Translations under genes and position numbers: made by a program
Notes under the pieces: generated by a model
Told to the model about the DNA's origin: nothing
Seen by the model: only the letters and a program-made list of their open reading frames with translations
Databases searched by the model: none
DNA from: Erysipelothrix inopinata
GTDB lineage: Bacteria > Bacillota_I > Bacilli_A > Erysipelotrichales > Erysipelotrichaceae
Reading direction: 5' to 3'
Length of the DNA: 32,000 nt
Assembly (NCBI RefSeq): GCF_014396165.1
Contig: NZ_CP060715.1
Span: forward strand, 1,890,001-1,922,000
Shown: piece by piece, positions 8,782 to 17,990 of the stretch
Layout of the letters: each line of letters opens with the position of its first letter
Position numbering within the stretch: the first letter of the stretch is position 1

Positions 8782-8810
8782 AGTATATCCTTTCACAACC
8801 ATAATTTCAA
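8782..8810 (-). promoter_or_regulatory. Candidate sigma-A promoter of the symporter gene
   Basis: The minus strand reads TTGAAA-17 nt-TATACT, which implies a leader of about 150 nt. Confidence 0.5.
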
Positions 8811-8930
8811 CTGTTTGACACATTTTTCCCGAAATTTTAGTAAATATTATTTTCATAGCATTTAAAGTAGTGTTAGAGAGTCTTCGATTACTCGCAATAT
8901 CATATGTTAGATATATTTCTAATATAATGA

Positions 8931-8959
8931 TTGACATACTTCGAACATTATTTTATGAT
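8931..8959 (+). promoter_or_regulatory. Candidate sigma-A promoter of the ArsR-fusion/ABC operon
   Basis: TTGACA-17 nt-TATGAT, about 20 nt upstream of the AGGAGG RBS. A TTAGA-N6-TCTAA dyad lies just upstream (8908-8923). Confidence 0.6.
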
Positions 8960-8979
8960 TGGTTTAGGAGGATTGTATT

Positions 8980-10071
8980 ATGAACTATATCCAAACAGAC
9001 TTATCCCATATCGATATTGCACTATTAATAGAAGAAGCCTATGGTACTGACTTCGATCAAAAATATAGCCCGAATCAAGTTTCATTCCTAAATGAAAACT
9101 ACCCTAACTTTATTGAACGTCAAAAGAATCTTTACGAAGCATCATACGAAGTCCTTAAAAACTATTCGGTTATACAAGAACTAGCAGAAGCTAACAAACT
9201 CGATGTTTTTGCTGGTATTCTCTACCAATTTGAGGATACTAACTACGAAAACTTTAACTATCAAGAGTTTGTTCGCAATTCACTCAAGGTCTTACTCAAC
9301 GATGTATATGGTGGTGATTTAAATCGAGCAAACTTAATTGAGAATGATATTCAGAAAATTTACCAAAATGACACAATCAATTTCGATACATTATTGTCGT
9401 ACATCATGCAGCTTGAGGAAAGTGACGAGCAATGCTTTAAAATTATCAAGTATTTTAAAGCTACTGAATCTATATATTTTGAGTTTCAGGATATCATGGA
9501 AAACTTAAAACCAATCTACAGCGAATTTAAAACCTGGTGTATGACGACTTACGGTGATTTATTTACTCAAGAACCCGATCATGAAGCCTTTTACCAATGG
9601 GTTGATATTGATTCTTTTGATCAAAAAAATCACAACGGTATCTTCTATGATTTTTCAGTTATTAATACAAAAGGACTTGTAGCCAAAATTGCGGTTAACG
9701 ACAACTCAAATACCTATGTATTATATGGAATCTTTTTCTCTAAGGAGATTCGTTCAAATTACGATTCCATTGATATTGAGAAAGTGAAGTATTACTTCCT
9801 GGCCCTCGGTGATGATAAACGATTTAGAATTTTTGAACATCTCATGACTGGAGAATACTATTTGAAGGAACTTGCTGAACTTCTAGAGCTAACCTCACCT
9901 ACAGTTTCGCATCATATGGATATTTTCACGAAGGCTGGCATTGTAAAGCTCCGTGAGAAAGGAAAGAAGATTTACTACTCAATTAATCCTGAAGCTGTAA
10001 GTTTACTCGCACAATTCTTTGCACAACTTGAAGAAAGTTTGAGGAATCAACATGAAGACGTTACTTCTTAA
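8980..10071 (+). CDS. Fusion protein: about 270-aa uncharacterised N-terminal domain plus C-terminal ArsR/SmtB-type wHTH
   Basis: The C-terminus LGDDKRFRIFEHL..GEYYLKELAELLELTSPTVSHHMDIFTKAGIV...GKKIYYSIN is an ArsR-family HTH. The alpha3 CxC metal site is replaced by YLK. I recognise no motif in the N-terminal 270 aa. Confidence 0.75.
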   Translation: MNYIQTDLSHIDIALLIEEAYGTDFDQKYSPNQVSFLNENYPNFIERQKNLYEASYEVLKNYSVIQELAEANKLDVFAGILYQFEDTNYENFNYQEFVRNSLKVLLNDVYGGDLNRANLIENDIQKIYQNDTINFDTLLSYIMQLEESDEQCFKIIKYFKATESIYFEFQDIMENLKPIYSEFKTWCMTTYGDLFTQEPDHEAFYQWVDIDSFDQKNHNGIFYDFSVINTKGLVAKIAVNDNSNTYVLYGIFFSKEIRSNYDSIDIEKVKYYFLALGDDKRFRIFEHLMTGEYYLKELAELLELTSPTVSHHMDIFTKAGIVKLREKGKKIYYSINPEAVSLLAQFFAQLEESLRNQHEDVTS

Positions 10072-11644
10072 TAATAAAAAAGGATTCTTTCTGTACTTTC
10101 TAGGAATCATAATAACGGCACCATCGAATCTTATAATTAGCTATGCTTTAGCACAAATATTCACAATCCCTGAAAGTGATAACCCACTTACTAAACTTTT
10201 ATTCATTGTTTGTCTTGCACTGACTCCTATCCTCATAGGAATAATTTCGCGCATGTTAAGAATCAGGTATATGAATGATGTTCTATATGATTTACGTACT
10301 GAATCCTATCAAAACATCGTTGCCCAAGACATCGATTCATTTCACTCTCATGAAAACAGTTATTATCATAGTAAGTTAGTTTCAGATATTAAAATATTTG
10401 AACAGGACTACTTTCTTTCATTATTGAGAATGGGTAATAACTTTAGTTCGTATCTTGTTGGTATCGGTGTTCTCTTTTATTTATCATGGGAATTAGGTGT
10501 TATCATCCTAATTGGAACACTCATCATTTTCGGATTATCACAATACTTTACAAAAGAAACAATCCGTAGAAAAAAGATCGTAACGGAACAAAACAAACTT
10601 AGTTTCAATGCAATCAATAACCTTATCTACGGCTTAAGATCCATTCAAATTTTTGGAGCACAAGTACAATTCAAAATGTTGTTTAATCAAGATATTAAAC
10701 AATTGGAAGAACATAAAGCTAATTCAAATGACTGGGACTTTTTCCAAAAGAACATTCTGACAGTAACATCTTCAGGCATTCACTTTCTTTCATTTATCTT
10801 TGCAACCTACTTATTAGCTCAGGGTCGTATCTCAATGGTATCAACTATCATGGTTATGAACCTTTTATCACAACTACTCTGGAATGTCTCTGACGGATTT
10901 TCTTTCGTTAATAAATTTAAAGCTTCATTGAAGATCTATGACTCATTAATGGATCATCCTAAACCGCTTCAAAGAAATGAATCTTACACCTTCAACAATC
11001 TAATTTGTTTAGATAATGTCAGTTTCCACTATGATGATAAAGCTATCTTTGAAAATTTGAATGCGTGTATTCATAAAAATGATAAAGTATTCATCGTTGG
11101 CCCTTCTGGAAGCGGGAAGAGTACCCTACTTAATATAATGGCCGGACACATCAATAGTTATTCCGGTGATCTGTTTATTGATGGTGTCGCTCTTAATGAT
11201 ATTTCCTACAGTTCTCGATTTGATAATACTGCTTATGTTACTCAAGATCATTTCTTCTTTAACGAAAGTATCCGTGATAACATAATTCTTGATACACCAT
11301 TCGATTCAGACCGCTATACTCTCATTCTTGAGCAGTGTGCGTTAACTTCTTGGATTGAATCTCTTGAAGAAAAAGATGCGCACTTATTGACTGACAACGC
11401 CCATAATATCTCAGGTGGTCAAAAACAACGAATTCATATTGCTCGAGAACTCTATCAGAATAAACCTGTTATTATCTTGGATGAAATGACAGCAAGTCTC
11501 GATGAAGATAACGCTTATGTAATCTACGAAACACTTCTGAATTTGGATAAAACTGTTATTTTCACCTCACATCGTCACCATCAATATTTAAAAGAAAAAT
11601 CAGATCAAATCATTGATTTAGGAGGATACAGCTATGAAAATTAA
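10052..11644 (+). CDS. ABC exporter half-transporter (TMD-NBD), subunit A of a heterodimer
   Basis: Six hydrophobic spans, then Walker A GPSGSGKST, signature ISGGQKQR, Walker B IILDEMTASLD and H-loop TSHRH. The start overlaps the upstream stop by 20 nt, with a GAGGAA RBS. Confidence 0.9.
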   Translation: MKTLLLNNKKGFFLYFLGIIITAPSNLIISYALAQIFTIPESDNPLTKLLFIVCLALTPILIGIISRMLRIRYMNDVLYDLRTESYQNIVAQDIDSFHSHENSYYHSKLVSDIKIFEQDYFLSLLRMGNNFSSYLVGIGVLFYLSWELGVIILIGTLIIFGLSQYFTKETIRRKKIVTEQNKLSFNAINNLIYGLRSIQIFGAQVQFKMLFNQDIKQLEEHKANSNDWDFFQKNILTVTSSGIHFLSFIFATYLLAQGRISMVSTIMVMNLLSQLLWNVSDGFSFVNKFKASLKIYDSLMDHPKPLQRNESYTFNNLICLDNVSFHYDDKAIFENLNACIHKNDKVFIVGPSGSGKSTLLNIMAGHINSYSGDLFIDGVALNDISYSSRFDNTAYVTQDHFFFNESIRDNIILDTPFDSDRYTLILEQCALTSWIESLEEKDAHLLTDNAHNISGGQKQRIHIARELYQNKPVIILDEMTASLDEDNAYVIYETLLNLDKTVIFTSHRHHQYLKEKSDQIIDLGGYSYEN

Positions 11645-13211
11645 TCGCTACGGAAACAGAAAATTACTTATGCTCGTATCAATCATCCTATTTCTAGGTG
11701 CTATAGTTCAAGCAGGATATCTCAAGATGATTCAATTCGCAATTGATGCCGCCATAGCCCAAGATATGAACTTCTTTCCTAAAGCGTTGCTTGTATTAGT
11801 AGTTCTAACATTCTTAACATACATCATTTCCCGGATTGGTTCCAAAGTAAGAGTAAGGTATATTCAGACATCAGTCCTTGAAATGAAACAACTGTATGCA
11901 GAAAGGCTCTTTAATCTTCCCTTTGAAGACATCAATGAAGAGAAACATATCAGTCAATTAACTCAAGACTTAGATCGTTATGAATACCAAACATTGCATG
12001 GTCTTATTGATTTAATTGATACTTCCAGTTCAATCATTGTCTCCGTAATTCTTCTCTTTACAGTTTCATGGACAATCGGACTTGCTTCTCTTGTTCTGAT
12101 CGTATTTTCTTACAACTTTTCAAAGAAAAACGCAGGACAAATGAAGAAAAATGAAAAACAAAAATCAGTGGCTCTTGAGCGCTACAGCGGTGCTGTAAAA
12201 GAAACACTGGATGCTATGGATGTTATTAAACAAAATAAAATTGAAGAAAAGATGAGCCAACGATTCAAGAGATTCGCAAAGGATTTACAAAAAGAACAAT
12301 ATAAAATCGACTTTAAAATAACATTCGTAGATGCTTTCAACTCAGCGATAAACCTTATCCTGATGTTTGGCCTCATGGGATCTGGTATCTATTTCGCCGC
12401 GAAGTTTGGTGTTTCAACAGGAACCGCATTGCTCATCGGAACAGCATTCTCCAATACCATGTGGCCAATGCAAGTTGTCCATCCCCTGCTAACACAAATT
12501 GAAAGCTCGTATGTAATTTTGGAAGATATAGAAAAGACATTAGTTGCTAACGAATATCACTATACCTATCAAACCGAAACAATTAATAAAGTTCAATTTG
12601 ATGATGTAAGTCTTGGATATGATGATATAACCATACTAAACAACATTAATCTTGAGATTGACGCCGGTGATAAAATATTAATCTATGGCGAGAGTGGGTC
12701 AGGAAAGAGCACCTTCTTAAGTACTTTAAAAAGAATGCTTCCACAGCAACATGGTCGTATATCACTTAATAACAATGCAATTGATTCCTATGACTTGAAG
12801 TCCTATTATTCTAAATTTGCATTTATTGATCAAAAAGGATTTATATTTAATGGAAGCCTTCGCGATAACATTACTATGTATAATAATTCTCTTGAAGTTA
12901 CGGGTATTCTTGCTACTGTTGGTCTCGAAGACTTGAACCCCGAAATGATTCTTACGGACAATGGTTCCAACGTTTCTGGAGGGCAACGCACCCGTATCAT
13001 GTTAGCACGTGCTTTAATCCATAATGCGGATGTCATTGTATCCGATGAAGTCTTCGCTAATCTCGATGACGAACTTGCTTTTAAACTTGAAACTAATCTT
13101 TTATCATTAGATAAAACATTGATTAATGTCAGCCATGTTATGTTTGATGATCATAAAAAAGAATACACAAAGACATTTCATGTGGCAGATGCAACTATCA
13201 CCCAAATCTAG
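11634..13211 (+). CDS. ABC exporter half-transporter (TMD-NBD), subunit B of a heterodimer
   Basis: Walker A GESGSGKST, signature VSGGQRTR, Walker B VIVSDEVFANLD. AGGAGG RBS. It overlaps the upstream gene by 11 nt. Confidence 0.9.
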   Translation: MKINRYGNRKLLMLVSIILFLGAIVQAGYLKMIQFAIDAAIAQDMNFFPKALLVLVVLTFLTYIISRIGSKVRVRYIQTSVLEMKQLYAERLFNLPFEDINEEKHISQLTQDLDRYEYQTLHGLIDLIDTSSSIIVSVILLFTVSWTIGLASLVLIVFSYNFSKKNAGQMKKNEKQKSVALERYSGAVKETLDAMDVIKQNKIEEKMSQRFKRFAKDLQKEQYKIDFKITFVDAFNSAINLILMFGLMGSGIYFAAKFGVSTGTALLIGTAFSNTMWPMQVVHPLLTQIESSYVILEDIEKTLVANEYHYTYQTETINKVQFDDVSLGYDDITILNNINLEIDAGDKILIYGESGSGKSTFLSTLKRMLPQQHGRISLNNNAIDSYDLKSYYSKFAFIDQKGFIFNGSLRDNITMYNNSLEVTGILATVGLEDLNPEMILTDNGSNVSGGQRTRIMLARALIHNADVIVSDEVFANLDDELAFKLETNLLSLDKTLINVSHVMFDDHKKEYTKTFHVADATITQI

Positions 13212-13216
13212 CAATC

Positions 13217-13260
13217 AAAAAAGCCTCTTAATCCAAATTATGGATACAAGAGGCTTTTTT
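13217..13260. terminator. Bidirectional terminator between the convergent ABC and MATE genes
   Basis: AAAAAAGCCTCTT...(loop)...AAGAGGCTTTTTT. Confidence 0.8.
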
Positions 13261-13267
13261 ATGACTG

Positions 13268-14656
13268 TTAAACGAGCTCAAGTTCTAAAATTTCATCATC
13301 GTCTGCAGTTAGGTTCACAATCCATTTTTCCTTGCGAACAAATCGAAGTGCAAAGACAAGTTTTAAGATATCGGTGGATTGACCGACAAGATATAGTGCA
13401 ATGATGCTCCAGTTTGTTGTATAAGTCGCAATCCCTACCGCAACCAAGTTAACACACCACATATAACCTGAATCGAGTAAAAGGGTCGACTTAGTATCGC
13501 CTCCCGCTCTTAGAATAAAGTAACAGGTTGTATTCAAGACATAAATACTAAATAGTGGACTCATAATTCGTAAGAATGTTTGTGCAGTATGCATCGCACT
13601 TTCTGATACATGGTAAATGGAAGGAATGATAAATGTTGATCCAAAAAGCAATGTACCAAAGAACATACTTAATATCACACCAAATCCGAGTATCTTATAT
13701 CCATTATCTCGAGCTTCATCGAGTTTGTTAGCTCCTAGAGGTTGTGATACCAGAATAGTAATAGCTACCGACATTCCCGCATTCATCGTGAAGAACATAT
13801 CTGATACGGTTGTTGAGATGGAGTAACCTGAAATAACATCCGCACCTCGAGTGGCATAGAATCTTAGCAACAGCGCCATTCCCGTAGCCCATAACACTTC
13901 ATTGACTGCAAGTGGCAATGCCTTATTCGTAATCTTTTTAACAAGATTTTTAGATACAGAAAAGATATTTTTTAAGTTTGTCTTAAACTGATACTCACCT
14001 GTTTTTAAGAAGTATAGAATAAATGATAATTCAACTGACCGAGCAATAAGGGTACCAATTGCACCGCCTAAGACTCCAAGTGCAGGGAATCCAAAATGAC
14101 CATAAATCAGTCCATAGTTAAAGAATGCATTGGTAGCCATTGAAATAAAACTTGCTACAAGTGGTGTTCGTGAATCACCCGTAGCTCTCATAGAGCCTGC
14201 AATTGCAAGCGTAAATAAGTTTGGAATAAATGTAAGTGCACAAACATAGATATAATCCATTCCATTTGAAATTACGACACTGTCATTAACAAAGAAACGT
14301 ATAATGTTTTCTGGAAACAACATCGCTAGACATACAAAAGTCATCATAACTACGAAAGAAGCAATCAAAGCATATCGAAATGTTTCTTGCATACTATTTT
14401 TATCTTCTGCACCAAAAAATTGTGCCATAAATACTGCTGATGCAGCAATAATACCATTTGTACCAAATACAGCAATCATAAAGTAACGATTTACTGTCGC
14501 AACACCCGCAAGTGCATGGTCCCCTAATTGACCAATCATCAAATTATCTAACAAGTTAACTGAAGTACTCACGAGTTGTTGTAACATGAGAGGTATTGCA
14601 ATGATTAATACCTTCTTGTAAAAGCTCCAATCCCCAAATATATTCTTTAACGCCAT
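13268..14656 (-). CDS. MATE-family multidrug/toxic-compound efflux transporter
   Basis: 462 aa with 12 hydrophobic spans. The N-terminus IAIPLMLQQLVSTSVNLLDNLMIGQLG is typical of MATE/NorM proteins. Confidence 0.88.
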   Translation of the reverse strand: MALKNIFGDWSFYKKVLIIAIPLMLQQLVSTSVNLLDNLMIGQLGDHALAGVATVNRYFMIAVFGTNGIIAASAVFMAQFFGAEDKNSMQETFRYALIASFVVMMTFVCLAMLFPENIIRFFVNDSVVISNGMDYIYVCALTFIPNLFTLAIAGSMRATGDSRTPLVASFISMATNAFFNYGLIYGHFGFPALGVLGGAIGTLIARSVELSFILYFLKTGEYQFKTNLKNIFSVSKNLVKKITNKALPLAVNEVLWATGMALLLRFYATRGADVISGYSISTTVSDMFFTMNAGMSVAITILVSQPLGANKLDEARDNGYKILGFGVILSMFFGTLLFGSTFIIPSIYHVSESAMHTAQTFLRIMSPLFSIYVLNTTCYFILRAGGDTKSTLLLDSGYMWCVNLVAVGIATYTTNWSIIALYLVGQSTDILKLVFALRFVRKEKWIVNLTADDDEILELELV

Positions 14657-14760
14657 CTCTTCTCCTCCTCAACGCTAGAGTAATAATATAGAAATTTCAA
14701 ACTTAAAACAATATGTTTACATCAAATTATGAGATATATTTCAAACGTCACAATTGCAAT

Positions 14761-14792
14761 AAAAAAAACTCTATCAAAAAATCAATAGAGTT
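14761..14792 (-). terminator. Rho-independent terminator of the CofE-like gene
   Basis: The minus strand reads ACTCTATtgattttttgATAGAGT followed by T8. Confidence 0.75.
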
Positions 14793-14813
14793 TCAATTTA
14801 ATCTGTCTATTAT

Positions 14814-16007
14814 TTAGTCAGCGTAGTTATCAAAATAACCTTGAACAAAGACGATTGGTGTCCCTTTATCACCAGATCCGCTTGTTAAATCGCAAAGTGA
14901 TCCGATAAGGTCTACAAGACGACGTGGTGTTGTTCCTTGAGCAGCCATGCTACCTACTAAAGAACCACCATCTTTTTTACGAATTTCCTTCTCAAGTGCT
15001 TCTTTTAATTCAGCACCTGATAAGTCTTTGAAATCATTATCTGCTAGATATTTAAGTTTAATTTCGTTAGGTGTTCCTTCAAGTCCTTTGGTGTATGCTG
15101 GAGATACGGTTGGATCAGCAAGTTCCCAGATTTTACCCATTGGGTCTTTAAAGGCACCATCACCATAAACCATAACTTCTACATGTTTTCCAGTTGCGTC
15201 AAGCATTTGTTTTTGAATATCAGAAACGAGTTGACTTGCATCTTGAGGGAAAAGTTTTACAGAATCTTCAGTAGATTTATTAGAACCTAGAAGTCCATAC
15301 TCTTGATTGTAACCACTGCCATCAACAGATTCACGAAGAATGTCATCCAATCCATAGACACGTTTTGCTCCAGATTCTTTTAAAATTCGTTTCGTACGAG
15401 CATTCGTATGAATATCACATGCAAGAACATTCTTTGTATAATCTAGAATTGTTCGGCAATTGTTTGAGAAGATAATTTCAACTTCTGCACCCATTTCTTC
15501 GATAAGTTCACCATAATAAGTAACATAGTCAATACCTGTAAAGGCATGCGTTGTATGTCCGAAATGATGACGATATTCTTCAAGTGACAATACATCACTG
15601 TATGGGTTAATGCCTGATGCATCTAATTGATCCATTGAAATCAATTCGTTTCCAACTTCATCAGCAGGATAACTCAACATCAAGATAACTTTTTTAGTAC
15701 CTTTAGCAATACCTTTTAAACAAATTGAGAAACGGTTTCTTGATAAAATTGGAAAAATAACTCCAATTGTTTCTCCCTCAAATTTAGCTTCCACATCTTT
15801 AGCGATTGCCTCGAGTGAAGCATAATTTCCTTGAGCACGTGCAACGATGGATTCTGTGATTGCAATAATGTCTCGATCCCTAACCTCGAAATTTTCACTT
15901 TTTGCAGCCTCAAGAATACTTTCTGAAACGATAGTTGCCAAATCATCCCCTTCACGAATGATAGGACAACGTACACCTCTCGATACTGTACCTACTTTTC
16001 TATCCAC
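14814..16007 (-). CDS. CofE-like protein (F420-0:gamma-glutamyl ligase fold, long about 400-aa Firmicutes type); true function unknown
   Basis: GTG start preceded by AAGGGTG. The N-terminus RGVRCPIIREGDDLATIV...IIAITESIVARAQG and C-terminus GSGDKGTPIV match my recollection of the F420_ligase family. It is monocistronic between two terminator-like hairpins. Confidence 0.65.
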   Translation of the reverse strand: MDRKVGTVSRGVRCPIIREGDDLATIVSESILEAAKSENFEVRDRDIIAITESIVARAQGNYASLEAIAKDVEAKFEGETIGVIFPILSRNRFSICLKGIAKGTKKVILMLSYPADEVGNELISMDQLDASGINPYSDVLSLEEYRHHFGHTTHAFTGIDYVTYYGELIEEMGAEVEIIFSNNCRTILDYTKNVLACDIHTNARTKRILKESGAKRVYGLDDILRESVDGSGYNQEYGLLGSNKSTEDSVKLFPQDASQLVSDIQKQMLDATGKHVEVMVYGDGAFKDPMGKIWELADPTVSPAYTKGLEGTPNEIKLKYLADNDFKDLSGAELKEALEKEIRKKDGGSLVGSMAAQGTTPRRLVDLIGSLCDLTSGSGDKGTPIVFVQGYFDNYAD

Positions 16008-16098
16008 AGTTCAACACCCTTTCTTTTATTATTTAAAGTCCTCATTAATTTTAACATCTCTCTTGAAACATGCAACACAAAAGAAAAAAACTTTTGTT

Positions 16099-16572
16099 TT
16101 AATGAAGTGTTTCGTGATTTCCATGCTTAGAATGGTAATAAATTGTGAAACCAACCGTCACAATAAGGATTACAATAAGACTCATACAGATTGCAGTGAG
16201 TCCTAAACTTTGATGAACCCATGCCCAACGTAAGTCAATGGAGAAGAGCAATGCCGCAATACCACCAATAACAACAGCATTCATTCGTAGACGTTTCTTA
16301 CTGTATTCATACTCGATCTGGTTAATATGTTTAAAAATTAAAGGATCTTCAATATCTTCGATTTCATAACATTCTCGAATAGAACGTTTTTCATGGTAGT
16401 TAATAATTGCTTCAGTAATTAATAATGAACCTGTTCCAAGTAAAAACATCATTCCTTCATTTCGTGGTTTGCCATCTAAAAATAAAGCCATTAATATCAC
16501 AGGGAAAATAATTATTATTCCCAAGAAGGCTTCGGTAATAAAATGACGAATTATTTCTTTCGATATTTTCAT
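16099..16572 (-). CDS. Membrane protein, unknown function (4 hydrophobic spans)
   Basis: ORF track. Two N-terminal and two C-terminal hydrophobic spans flank an acidic loop (ECYEIEDIEDP). Confidence 0.55.
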   Translation of the reverse strand: MKISKEIIRHFITEAFLGIIIIFPVILMALFLDGKPRNEGMMFLLGTGSLLITEAIINYHEKRSIRECYEIEDIEDPLIFKHINQIEYEYSKKRLRMNAVVIGGIAALLFSIDLRWAWVHQSLGLTAICMSLIVILIVTVGFTIYYHSKHGNHETLH

Positions 16573-16690
16573 AATTAATGCTTCTCCTAGCTATAAATAC
16601 ATCTCTTACATTATCACCGATATTATATTTTTTGCAATCAAATGTATTTTTATTCGAGAGCATGATAGACTGTATAAAAGGATGTGACAT

Positions 16691-17143
16691 ATGAACAAAA
16701 TACTTATTGAACAAGCAAAACTCTTTATTGAAGATGAGACTGATGAAATTGCCATTCTCGCAAACCTTTCTGCTTTATTTAATGAAAGTTTAGAAGATAT
16801 TAACTGGGTAGGTTTCTATCTCTTCAAAGATGATCATCTCATCTTAGGTCCTTTCCAAGGAAAACCAGCCTGTATTCATCTCTACCCTGGTAAGGGTGTT
16901 TGCTCGCACGCCATTGAAACCAAACGTGGTTTGGTTGTGGATGATGTCCATGCATTTCCTGGACATATCGCCTGTGATTCAGCTTCTAATAGTGAATTGG
17001 TAGTTCCACTATTTGTTGACGGAATGCCGTATGGTGTTATCGATATTGACTCCCCCTCTTTCAATCGTTTCTCTCAAGAAGATCTTGACACGTTTATTGA
17101 AATAGGAAAAATTTTAGAAAATCATCTCAGAACGAAAAAATAG
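16691..17143 (+). CDS. msrC: GAF-domain free methionine-(R)-sulfoxide reductase (YebR/MsrC type)
   Basis: WVGFYL...GPFQGKPACIHL..GKGVCS...VDDVHAFPGHIACDSASNSELVVPL...GVIDIDS is the fRMsr signature, including the conserved Cys residues. Confidence 0.8.
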   Translation: MNKILIEQAKLFIEDETDEIAILANLSALFNESLEDINWVGFYLFKDDHLILGPFQGKPACIHLYPGKGVCSHAIETKRGLVVDDVHAFPGHIACDSASNSELVVPLFVDGMPYGVIDIDSPSFNRFSQEDLDTFIEIGKILENHLRTKK

Positions 17144-17170
17144 GAAGCTTTTAAGCTTCCTTTTCTTTTA
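17134..17170. terminator. Bidirectional terminator shared by the convergent msrC and lipL-like genes
   Basis: AAAAAA-TAGGAAGCTTttAAGCTTCC-TTTTCTTTT. The right arm overlaps the last codons of the lipL-like CDS. Confidence 0.65.
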
Positions 17171-17954
17171 AGTATCGATTATTTTGATTTTGGGTTCGAG
17201 AAACAGAAAGGTGAAAATCTTCACGACTTGGAATTGATGATTCGTATGTCACAGATTCTGTTCGTTTCTTTAATTCGTCTTCCAGTAAATTAACAACCTC
17301 AGACACAGCGATTTCACGACCCACAAGATTAGAAAGCGAGTCCATAGCATCAAGATCTATTTTTATTTCCTCGCTCTCACAAGCCTCATAGAAACCCTTC
17401 ACAATCTGATTGCGGCGCATTTGATCACCATTAATATGAATATAACAAACTAATGCGACACCATCTTTAATTTTTCGTTGAGCTGTCCCACAAAATTTCT
17501 TTCCATTAATACTAATATCGGTTTTCCCAGGGCAGCATGCGCCAGAGATTTCTCCGATATTGATACCTGTCACAATTGGCTGCAAGGCATCCATAATGAA
17601 TTGACCATAATAGTCATAATTGTCATACATTGATTGTGATGATCTAAAAATAAGAGACATACTCAAGACACCTTCATCGGCAACAATTGAACGTCCCCCT
17701 GAATTACGAATAATTACAGGTTCACCGACTGTCTCATAGTAAGCAAGACCTTTTGAAAAGCCTGGCATCTTAACATCATCCAATCCCATATTGATGCCTC
17801 GATGTTGAAACATATGAAGAATCATCTCATCATCATTAACATGTCTTGTATTATAGTCATCAATTGCAGTAGATTGCATTTCATTTTGAATACTACCAAC
17901 TTCATTAATTATTATCCCTCTCACGCTTACCCTCTTTTCTATTAACACATTCAT
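17151..17954 (-). CDS. lipL: Lipoate-protein ligase family protein, LipL-like octanoyl/lipoyl amidotransferase
   Basis: VIIRNSGGRSIVADEGVLSMSLIF and CCPGKTDISINGKKFCGTAQRK match the BPL/LplA/LipB catalytic-domain motifs, with the Cys-Pro-Gly and GxK arrangement seen in LipL. No obvious RBS, so the start is uncertain. Confidence 0.65.
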   Translation of the reverse strand: MNVLIEKRVSVRGIIINEVGSIQNEMQSTAIDDYNTRHVNDDEMILHMFQHRGINMGLDDVKMPGFSKGLAYYETVGEPVIIRNSGGRSIVADEGVLSMSLIFRSSQSMYDNYDYYGQFIMDALQPIVTGINIGEISGACCPGKTDISINGKKFCGTAQRKIKDGVALVCYIHINGDQMRRNQIVKGFYEACESEEIKIDLDAMDSLSNLVGREIAVSEVVNLLEDELKKRTESVTYESSIPSREDFHLSVSRTQNQNNRYLKEKEA

Positions 17955-17990
17955 TGTAACGCTAAGTCTAATTATGTTACATCAAAAGGC

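Noticed and set aside
13126-13404. 92-aa plus-strand ORF running from the ABC gene end through the terminator into the MATE gene.
   Set aside because: It is out of frame within one real CDS, passes through a strong bidirectional terminator and is antisense to another real CDS.
15847-16206. 119-aa plus-strand ORF bridging the cofE-like start, the intergenic region and the end of the neighbouring gene.
   Set aside because: It overlaps two better-supported minus-strand genes and has no RBS. The 85-aa ORF at 16457-16714 likewise overlaps the membrane-protein gene and the msrC start.
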